Shown piece after piece: positions 57,210 through 64,000 of a stretch of 64,000 bases of DNA. A program made the translations under genes and the position numbers. Source of the DNA: a virus. The notes beneath the pieces are model-generated. The model was not told the origin of the DNA. It was given only the letters and a program-made list of their open reading frames with translations, and did no database searches. Position 1 is the stretch's first letter. Each line of letters begins with the position of its first letter. Where the stretch lies: positions 64,001-128,000 of IMG/VR virus record IMGVR_UViG_3300027987_000212, one strand, 5' to 3'.

Positions 57210-57671
57210 ACTACCTCCGTGGACCTCACCTACTTCACCTCAGAACGCTTCATCCATGATGACCTAGTTCGGCAAGTACGGCAGGCCATACCCACGTTGT
57301 ACAGTACTTGGAGACAGCAACGCAGAATCCAACCATTCGCTCTTCTGTGGCCCGGAGAATCCGTACAGACACAAGAAGGCGACTACATCGATGGGACCTG
57401 CCGACTAGAGCTCGACGACGAGAAGCCCGCTACGCATCGGGCACTCATCGAGGAAGGCGCCGAACTGACCAAAGCGTACGCCGTGTTGTACTGCGTACAG
57501 GTACCAGAAGAAGTAGCCCTCCAACTCAGCACCCCTCACGGTGTGCACCGGTGGTCAATTCCAGTGCAGCACCGGGAGGGTCGCTTGATTCTAGGCACCA
57601 CACAAGACTTGGGCGAGCAGGCAGCTCAGCCCTCCGCTGACTCCCCGGCAGCTACTACTGGGGCCGGTTGA
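57189..57671 (+). CDS. Hypothetical protein
   Basis: globular composition; start moved to ATG 57189. Confidence 0.55.
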   Translation: MPVYESHTTSVDLTYFTSERFIHDDLVRQVRQAIPTLYSTWRQQRRIQPFALLWPGESVQTQEGDYIDGTCRLELDDEKPATHRALIEEGAELTKAYAVLYCVQVPEEVALQLSTPHGVHRWSIPVQHREGRLILGTTQDLGEQAAQPSADSPAATTGAG

Positions 57672-58420
57672 GCGGGCAATGGCGGTGGCGGAGCGTGCCC
57701 TCCGACACCGTTGGCGGGAGCCATACTGGCAAATGCCCCTACTGTGGCCGGAGTGGAGTGTACCGTTGTACTGTGCGTAAGCAACGCACCTTCCTGTGGC
57801 TGGTCCCCCGAGGACGACAGCCTGGACGTCAAGTCACTGAGGTTGTGGAGCGCCCCCGTGATGGCCTTGCAGCCCAGCTGCACCCCGAGGGCAATGGCTT
57901 TTGGGTCAGAGCCTAGTACCTCTCGACCCATGTCCAATGCTTTGATGGCGTTGGACGCGTCAGTGACTACCGTACGTAGTAGGTTAATCCTCGAGAGCAT
58001 GTCATTGCTCTCTTGCCCCAGTTCGATGGGCGTACTCGCTGCATCTTCCCCCTCCGAAGATGCCGGCTTCCCCGTAGAGCGCCCTTTGGCGATAGCCGCC
58101 CCACCAGACGAGGCAACCCTGGGACGCTTCTTCCTCCCTTGCTTCTCTATGGGTAGTGGCGCCGCGTCGGCCTTCTTCGAGGCCTTCTTCGAGGCCTTCT
58201 TGCCTACCTTCTTCGAAGCCTTCTTGGCCGCCTTCTTGGGGGCAGAGGGGACCCCCGTATCGAGATTGTTGTCCACGTACTTTCGACAACGGTCCTTGTC
58301 TGCGTCAGACATCTGAGACCGCCCGATGGCACGTTTTGCGTTCGTCGAATTGTCGTACTCGCCCGCTTTGACTCGTTGAATGAATTGGTCTGCAGTAGCC
58401 TTGCTGTGGTCGGACATCAT
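57626..58420 (-). CDS. Protein with histone H1-like Lys/Ala repeat linker
   Basis: PKKAAKKASKKVGKKASKKASKKA; GAGG SD. Confidence 0.65.
   Translation of the reverse strand: MMSDHSKATADQFIQRVKAGEYDNSTNAKRAIGRSQMSDADKDRCRKYVDNNLDTGVPSAPKKAAKKASKKVGKKASKKASKKADAAPLPIEKQGRKKRPRVASSGGAAIAKGRSTGKPASSEGEDAASTPIELGQESNDMLSRINLLRTVVTDASNAIKALDMGREVLGSDPKAIALGVQLGCKAITGALHNLSDLTSRLSSSGDQPQEGALLTHSTTVHSTPATVGAFASMAPANGVGGHAPPPPLPAQPAPVVAAGESAEG
58172..58237 (-). repeat. 12-nt-period tandem repeat encoding KKAS/KKAA units
   Basis: CTTCTTCGAGGC-like units on plus strand. Confidence 0.75.
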
Positions 58421-58561
58421 TTACCTCGTGGGAAACAAGCGCCGAACTTACGGCGTACTGGGAACTAGTTCAACTAGTTTCAGCTCACATCGATTGTCTC
58501 CGACTAGAAGCTGACTTTGACCCCACTACCGGAAAAGCGCATAGTACGCACTGGAGGAAGT

Positions 58562-59245
58562 ATGCCCGAGAAGCCAAGTACGCCAGAACCCAGTAGAAAC
58601 GACATCATCAATGCTGCCGGAGACCTCGCTCCCTACGGCGAAACAGGCCGACGATTATTTGCCATGATGCTGATGGAGAAGTACGTGCCCAGTGCCGTGA
58701 AAGACTCCAAGTTCCGTACCATCACCCAGGGCCGCGCCGGTGTTGCCTTCGACCGCCAACGCTTCTTCAGTACCTGTGGTGAGCTGGCCATGTTCTTGCT
58801 TCATGCACTCGGGTACCGCGGGCCTTGCCTAAATCGCACTCTACTGGCCAGCCAGGACGGCGTCTCCCGTACCTACGTCTTCGGAGCCAACATGACCTAC
58901 CTAGTTGGGCGGGCCCAAGAGCAGGGGCACTTCGTACCTGCCACAAGTTCCGGCCGACCACGTCCCGGAGACATCTGCTTCATTCACGATGCAGGTGCCG
59001 CTGCCCGCTCTGAACACGTCTTCGTGTTTCAGCAGGAAGACACCAGCGCCGACAACAAGACGACCTTCTGGCGCTCCTACGATGCCGGACAAATCCAGAA
59101 TCATCCATGGGAACAATGTGCCAAGAGACGTGCACGCGTCTACGACAACGGCTATGTCGACAGCCGCAAGGTAGCTGGTTGGCTAGACATCTCCACGCTA
59201 CCCCTGAGCCAGCCTGCCACCATGTTCATCAATGAGGTTCCGTGA
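58562..59245 (+). CDS. Papain-like (NlpC/P60 or CHAP-like) Cys hydrolase
   Basis: STCGEL (Cys), PRPGDICFI, EHVFVF (His), SYDAGQ; GGAGG SD. Confidence 0.6.
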   Translation: MPEKPSTPEPSRNDIINAAGDLAPYGETGRRLFAMMLMEKYVPSAVKDSKFRTITQGRAGVAFDRQRFFSTCGELAMFLLHALGYRGPCLNRTLLASQDGVSRTYVFGANMTYLVGRAQEQGHFVPATSSGRPRPGDICFIHDAGAAARSEHVFVFQQEDTSADNKTTFWRSYDAGQIQNHPWEQCAKRRARVYDNGYVDSRKVAGWLDISTLPLSQPATMFINEVP

Positions 59246-59739
59246 ATACCATCACCAAAACCATGCAGCTACGGTTACCTCCTACACTGTGGAAGTTACT
59301 GGGGCAGCAGCTAGTAACCATAAACTACTACCGACTACTACGCGGCGAGCGTATGATGAGCCTGAACTCGCTGCTAGCCACCATCCTAGCGGGGCACACC
59401 ATCCATCATGCCGAGACCATCAGTAAAGAGTTTACTTCTGTCATCGCTGCAGTCACCGAGCAAGAGCTCCCCTCCTTCTACAGCTTGGAGCAACTTGATG
59501 GGATTGCAGCCGCTACTGCCGAGCAAATTCCCGACGCTGTCAGAATTGGCTACCGAACAGACTCAGGACACGCCCGCGTCAAAGCCAAAAAGGCTCTTCG
59601 ACGTATACTTCGGGGTAAACCCAGCGCCCCTCATGCAAAATCTCCTAGCATGCCCTCAGAAGTACGAAAGAGGTGTGGCGGAGCTACTCCAGAGACTTAC
59701 CAGTGGGTCCGCGAGCAACTCGACGCTATCGGAGACTGA
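59242..59739 (+). CDS. Hypothetical protein
   Basis: GAGGT SD, GTGA coupling to upstream gene. Confidence 0.5.
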   Translation: MNTITKTMQLRLPPTLWKLLGQQLVTINYYRLLRGERMMSLNSLLATILAGHTIHHAETISKEFTSVIAAVTEQELPSFYSLEQLDGIAAATAEQIPDAVRIGYRTDSGHARVKAKKALRRILRGKPSAPHAKSPSMPSEVRKRCGGATPETYQWVREQLDAIGD

Positions 59740-59926
59740 GCTGCAGCTCCTAGACCGCGCAGTCATGGACTACAACCGACCCAACGTACCCCTGAAAGAG
59801 TCCGGGCCCCGAAAGGGGCCCGAACAAGTACGGAGGGTGACTACGGCTGACGATGACGACTCCCCCGAAGAAGACTCCGAAGAGTTCGTCGAGGAAGCTC
59901 CACCAGTTTTCTGGTGGCAGAAGTAG
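59408..59926 (+). CDS. Hypothetical acidic-tailed protein (start uncertain; overlaps previous ORF)
   Basis: C-terminal DDDDSPEEDSEEF...WWQK looks protein-like. Confidence 0.4.
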   Translation: MPRPSVKSLLLSSLQSPSKSSPPSTAWSNLMGLQPLLPSKFPTLSELATEQTQDTPASKPKRLFDVYFGVNPAPLMQNLLACPQKYERGVAELLQRLTSGSASNSTLSETELQLLDRAVMDYNRPNVPLKESGPRKGPEQVRRVTTADDDDSPEEDSEEFVEEAPPVFWWQK

Positions 59927-59937
59927 CCTAGCACGCA

Positions 59938-60585
59938 TCAGTACTGCGGGTAGCCGTACTGATTGACCCCGTGAGCCAGCGGAGGGCGTCCGTGCCCGTA
60001 CACGGGTGTACTGGAGGGTACCATCATGTAGTCCCGCGCTGTCCGCGTCCCCTTGGCGGCGAGATACCCGGTCCCCAGCAGCGCTGCGCCACCGAGCAGC
60101 TTGGCCTTTGTCCCAAGTCCCACCAACGGCTTCTTGCCCGGCATGGACGCACGGACCCCCGCCTGCTGCATGGACTTGCCCGCGCTCCGCAACGCGCCGC
60201 CTAGCCCAGCCCCCGCCACATCCGGTGCCACGCCCGCCTGCTCTGCCGCTCGCAGCAGCCGCCCCGTGTTCCCGAGGCGTCCGACAGACCCCACTGCTTT
60301 GCCAGCACCCCGCAGCGCCGCGCCCAGACCACTTCCAACGATTCCAGCTTCCTTGGAATGCTCCGCAGCACCGCGCGCCAGCGCCTCACCAGTAACGTGC
60401 GCCGCCTCGAGAGACGCGACTTTGAGCGCATCGATGGTCTGCGCCATGCGCTGTGCTTGGTAGGCACGTTCGGCCTCAGCTCGCATCGCTGCGTCCTCCT
60501 GCACATCCTGGACGTGCGCAGCATCCTGCTGAAGATACGCCATCCCGCTCAAAGCAGCGAGGGCACGTAGTAGCTCAGGAGACAT
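59938..60585 (-). CDS. Gly/Ala-rich probable head-internal protein with K-x-A motifs
   Basis: LKVA, SKEA; glycine-zipper segments. Confidence 0.6.
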   Translation of the reverse strand: MSPELLRALAALSGMAYLQQDAAHVQDVQEDAAMRAEAERAYQAQRMAQTIDALKVASLEAAHVTGEALARGAAEHSKEAGIVGSGLGAALRGAGKAVGSVGRLGNTGRLLRAAEQAGVAPDVAGAGLGGALRSAGKSMQQAGVRASMPGKKPLVGLGTKAKLLGGAALLGTGYLAAKGTRTARDYMMVPSSTPVYGHGRPPLAHGVNQYGYPQY

Positions 60586-60591
60586 CCGCAG

Positions 60592-61170
60592 CTAGTATTG
60601 CACCGCGCCACCCCCAAGGGAAATCTTAGCCTTCTTGGGCGCGCTGTTGCTCTTGTGCGTCTTGGCTACCTTCTCTGCGGCAGCGTCGGACAAGGAGACC
60701 TCCACCTTCAGCTTACCGCGCTCGTCAGTCACCACTCGCGGGATGTCCTCGGCAACTTTGTCCACGGTTACAGCAGCCTTGTCCATGGCAGCTGCCAACC
60801 GTTCCATAGTCACAGTCGTGGTACTTAGCTGCTGCTTGAGCTCCTCAGCGTGACCTCGAGCAAGCTCCAACTCACCATGCATGCGCCCGGTAACCGAAAG
60901 CATCTGCTCCTGCCGAATCACCTGGTAGCCAATAACGAGGATGAGCATCGAGAATATGAGGAGGTTCACGCGGTACATACGCGCAAGCGACGTCCGTACG
61001 ACCTCTACCAAGCGGTGGCCTTCTGCCAAGCGCTCGTTGTGCGACTTCATGTGGCCAAGGATGTCAGTAAGTACCGGCACCAACGCCTGAAGCTGTGAGG
61101 CAGCTACGTTCAACTGCTCCTTCGTTTCTGTGATAGTTCGCGTGCGGATGCTGGGATTGCGCTCATTCAT
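60592..61170 (-). CDS. Single-TM coiled-coil protein (spanin-like?)
   Basis: LLIFSMLILVIGYQVI flanked by coiled coils. Confidence 0.5.
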   Translation of the reverse strand: MNERNPSIRTRTITETKEQLNVAASQLQALVPVLTDILGHMKSHNERLAEGHRLVEVVRTSLARMYRVNLLIFSMLILVIGYQVIRQEQMLSVTGRMHGELELARGHAEELKQQLSTTTVTMERLAAAMDKAAVTVDKVAEDIPRVVTDERGKLKVEVSLSDAAAEKVAKTHKSNSAPKKAKISLGGGAVQY

Positions 61171-61414
61171 CTGATGTCTCCACTCCGTCTTCTCGCACCG
61201 CCGCCAACGTGTCGAAACTCTCCGAGGTAGTGCGCAGTTCGTCTAGCAGCCGCTGTGGGGGTGCCTTCGGCATCAACGTTAGCAGACGCAGCCGAGCATC
61301 CTCCAGTTGCTGATTGACCTCGTCCGCTCTGGCCGCAACGCTGCTGTAGGACGCATTCGCCCTTTCAGCCCGTTCACTGCGGCCTACCAACCTTTGGAAG
61401 AAACGGATGAGCAT
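61163..61414 (-). CDS. Small coiled-coil protein
   Basis: GGAGG SD. Confidence 0.6.
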   Translation of the reverse strand: MLIRFFQRLVGRSERAERANASYSSVAARADEVNQQLEDARLRLLTLMPKAPPQRLLDELRTTSESFDTLAAVREDGVETSDE

Positions 61415-61415
61415 G

Positions 61416-61817
61416 CTACCTCCCCTCAGTCGGTGGTGTGCTTACCGATACCTTCTGTATTCCCCTGGGTGGGCTGTGGCGTTGCTGGGCGAGTGTGGCT
61501 AGTAGTAGGTGGTCCAGCGTCGTCTTAACGCTTTGCAGCGCCGCCGTACCAGCGTTGTCCGACCTCTCCAGATTCGTCAGGGCAGCGGTGACATCGGCTA
61601 CGGTCTTCGACAAGTTCGTAGTAATGCGCTCGAGGCGCTGACCATCTGCCTCCTTGTCCGACACACGCTGGTCCTGCACCTGCATCAACTTACGTACGCA
61701 GATGATGTTCACCCCCAACGATAGGAGGAGTACGATACCTACGATACCGTACTCCACAAGAGAAAGGCCGGCTTGTTTGCCGACCTCTTCTATCGCCTTA
61801 GCCTGGAAAGCGAGCAC
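61416..61817 (-). CDS. Holin-like single-TM protein
   Basis: EYGIVGIVLLLSLGVNIICVRKL then coiled coil. Confidence 0.45.
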   Translation of the reverse strand: MLAFQAKAIEEVGKQAGLSLVEYGIVGIVLLLSLGVNIICVRKLMQVQDQRVSDKEADGQRLERITTNLSKTVADVTAALTNLERSDNAGTAALQSVKTTLDHLLLATLAQQRHSPPRGIQKVSVSTPPTEGR

Positions 61818-61819
61818 GG

Positions 61820-62206
61820 TTACCCTAGCACGTCCACACGTACCCTCGCGGCACCTGTACAGATGATGGACAGGGCGGTGATACCCGTTGCGGGGTTGGG
61901 GCTGGAGTACAGCAGAAAGCCGTTGGGAGCTAGCTCCACATCATCCGTTCCCCCGTTGAACCGTAGGTTGATGGGGGCGTCCGACGCAGTCTCCTGCTCG
62001 TACTGCACGAACAACGCCTTGGCCCCCGGAGACCCAACAGCCGCCAAGTCCACTACTGTCGTACCCGCTACGGTCAAGACGTACTTCTGGCTCACACGCT
62101 TCGTGAACGTTCCCGTAAGGGTCTCGGACACTGTCGCTTGCGGCATCCCCGAATCTGGGGGGAACTGCAGCGAAGCAAGCGCAGTGTAGGCTTCAGTTGC
62201 GGACAT
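61820..62206 (-). CDS. Small beta-rich virion protein
   Basis: GGAG SD; follows tail tube. Confidence 0.55.
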   Translation of the reverse strand: MSATEAYTALASLQFPPDSGMPQATVSETLTGTFTKRVSQKYVLTVAGTTVVDLAAVGSPGAKALFVQYEQETASDAPINLRFNGGTDDVELAPNGFLLYSSPNPATGITALSIICTGAARVRVDVLG

Positions 62207-62218
62207 CAGGCACTCCTA

Positions 62219-62980
62219 TCACGAACCAGGGATACCGAGGAAGCTGTCTCCGACGTTGGCCCCACCTGCATTCGCCGCACTGCCGCTGATGAGCGCCAAC
62301 GAGCTGACGGCAACCGGCACCGCACGTTCGAACTGTAGGGCAACCTGCTCCTGAAGCAGTACCCCTTGGCTGTCCGTCTGTAGGGCGTGGTTCGGGACGT
62401 AGCAGGCCTCGAAGTAGCACGCGCCCAACGTGTCCCGGTTGATGTCGCGCATGTACATCATGCAGCCAATCGGCTGAGAGAACAGGTCCGACGCCAAGTT
62501 GACGAAGATGTTCTCGTACCCTGGAGGTACGACCACGTCGTGGGGGTTCGCGACCGACGCCGCGCCCGCATTGGGGAACATGGCTGGCACCACCGTCGGT
62601 GGGATGAGGTCTTGGTAGTACGCGTAGAGCACGCGCAAGAGCGATGCCCCGTGGTAGTAGACCCGGGCAAGGCCCAGCTGCCCCACGGTGCGCCCTGAGA
62701 TGAAGTAGGAACGCTCTGAACCGAGCTCGAAGATGCGCGAGAACTGCCGCGTGTGGTTGACGTTGAAGTTCTGTACGATGCCAATCGGGTAGACGATTTG
62801 GTTCGCAGTCTGCCCAGAGCCACTCACGGCCTGAGCAAAAGCTGCGGCGCCACCGATGTTCGCAATGCGGGGCGGGCCCGCCGCCAGCAACGTGTGTGCG
62901 GCATTCACGTACGCGCCGTCGACCATGCCGGCTTGCACGTAGCTTGTGTAGGGGGACCAGGTGCTGAACGTTCCAGACAT
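62219..62980 (-). CDS. Tail tube protein
   Basis: PIGIVQNFNV..TRQFSRIFELGS.RSYFISG; CYV.NH......LQEQV..QFER; downstream of sheath. Confidence 0.75.
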   Translation of the reverse strand: MSGTFSTWSPYTSYVQAGMVDGAYVNAAHTLLAAGPPRIANIGGAAAFAQAVSGSGQTANQIVYPIGIVQNFNVNHTRQFSRIFELGSERSYFISGRTVGQLGLARVYYHGASLLRVLYAYYQDLIPPTVVPAMFPNAGAASVANPHDVVVPPGYENIFVNLASDLFSQPIGCMMYMRDINRDTLGACYFEACYVPNHALQTDSQGVLLQEQVALQFERAVPVAVSSLALISGSAANAGGANVGDSFLGIPGS

Positions 62981-62994
62981 GCGCTGATTCTACC
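62981..62994 (-). promoter_or_regulatory. GGTAGAAT -10-like element, 6 nt before ATG
   Basis: agGTAGAAT-cagcgc-ATG(62980), no SD. Confidence 0.65.
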
Positions 62995-63525
62995 TTACTG
63001 GCCCGCGTCGAGGCCGACAGAATTGGTTGTGGGTGGGGCAGTTGACGTTGAGGGGGTGCTGGGCACGGTCGGCGGCTTGGCTGCGTACGCCCCTCGACCC
63101 ACCGAGGGCAAGCTACCCGCGGAACGAGGTCGCATACCTGCGCCGCCCGTCGCTAGGGAAGGAGACTTGGGCGCCTGAAACACCGGGGAGCCGAAGGCCT
63201 CCTTGAACAGCCCGCCCATCGCCTCGTACAGCGCCAGACCGCCGCCCACGGTACTCCGTCGGCTCAGAGCGAAGTCAAGGAGACCCCCATCGGCGGCAGC
63301 GGCGACCTTTGCCCGCTGCAGCTCGGTGGGTACGTCCCGTACCTCGCCAGTCCCTGCGGCAATCTCGTCGAACGCAGCTCTCTGCGCCGCTGCTGCATGC
63401 TTCCGTACGCTAACTACCGTGGGCAACGGAGAGGTAGGACCTTTCGCCAACTGGCGGTCCCACTCCTTTGTCGAAACCCCTTCAGGTGGAGGGGGTTCGG
63501 CAAGTTTGCTCAACGGACGAAACAT
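62995..63525 (-). CDS. Low-complexity protein with K-x-A motifs
   Basis: LSKLA, RAKVA, LFKEA. Confidence 0.55.
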   Translation of the reverse strand: MFRPLSKLAEPPPPEGVSTKEWDRQLAKGPTSPLPTVVSVRKHAAAAQRAAFDEIAAGTGEVRDVPTELQRAKVAAAADGGLLDFALSRRSTVGGGLALYEAMGGLFKEAFGSPVFQAPKSPSLATGGAGMRPRSAGSLPSVGRGAYAAKPPTVPSTPSTSTAPPTTNSVGLDAGQ

Positions 63526-63533
63526 GTCGGTGC

Positions 63534-64000
63534 TCAGATGACCAGCGTCAAACGCAGATAGTTGCAGGGGTAGGGTACTGCCAAGGTAACATCGATGAGG
63601 ACGCTATCCGGAGCATCCTCGTCCTGAATGATGTTGTTCGGGGAGAAGCCGGTGAGTACTCCCGCCTCAATCAAGAACCCGCCCACGCCATCGACCACCG
63701 TACCCACCGAGTCCAGGAACCCCTGGGTGATGTTGAAACGCCCGACGTATGACTTGACGGCTCTCCGCAGAACCTTCGCCGTGAAGTCCACCACTTTGGT
63801 GATGGAATCCGTACGCGTCTCGATGCTGGTAAGGTTGGTCGTCAAAGCGTGGCGACTGACGAGCGGCGCCGACGGGGCATCTTGCACGATGATGTAGGCA
63901 CCTCCGCCAGCCATGATGTTCATCTGACGTTCGCTGAAGCGGGTGTTGCTGCCGATGACCCGCGTGAACCCCGCCATCGGGAAGTTGGTGAACGACTGTT
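63534..64000 (-). CDS. Tail sheath protein, C-terminal part (5' end outside window)
   Basis: HALTT...E....SI.KVVDF.AK.LR.....YVG...; V.V.V.LAVPYPCNYLRLTLVI sheath C-terminal pattern. Confidence 0.8.
   Translation of the reverse strand, partial: QSFTNFPMAGFTRVIGSNTRFSERQMNIMAGGGAYIIVQDAPSAPLVSRHALTTNLTSIETRTDSITKVVDFTAKVLRRAVKSYVGRFNITQGFLDSVGTVVDGVGGFLIEAGVLTGFSPNNIIQDEDAPDSVLIDVTLAVPYPCNYLRLTLVI

Noticed and set aside
1-64000. tRNA, rRNA, CRISPR array, IS/transposase, integrase
   Set aside because: No T-loop/anticodon-arm pattern, spaced direct repeats or transposase/integrase motifs seen by eye; tRNAscan and CRISPR finders were not run
1-64000. Stop-codon reassignment suggested by abundant TAG words
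   Set aside because: Long genes are intact under the standard code and many end in TAG directly abutting the next gene

Overview
This window is a fragment of a large (jumbo-type) contractile-tailed phage genome, roughly 60% GC, mostly coded on the minus strand. Structural genes: tail sheath (truncated at the right edge), tail tube, a tail-assembly-chaperone pair joined by a GGGAAAT -1 frameshift site, tape measure, baseplate hub/wedge proteins and Ig-like virion proteins. Nucleotide and DNA metabolism: ATP-dependent ligase, ThyX, RNase HII, dNMP kinase, 5'-nucleotidase, MazG-like and DenV-like proteins. Also a sigma-70 family factor, GroES, a RimI-like GNAT and three putative cell-wall hydrolases. 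Short plus-strand islands carry small accessory genes, including a collagen-like lipoprotein. I found no tRNA, CRISPR array or IS element. Most interesting signals: (1) a set of probable head-internal proteins built from modules separated by a recurrent K-x-A motif, also present at the N-terminus of the sigma factor, suggesting a protease-processed virion payload; (2) two gene-start motifs, GGTAGA(A/G)T exactly 6 nt before SD-less start codons of structural operons (leaderless mRNAs) and G(G/A)GATAA before accessory genes and the sigma gene; (3) apparent complete absence of GATC. The host is unknown; Myxococcota or another high-GC bacterium is an inference only. All family calls come from motifs recognised by eye, not from searches.
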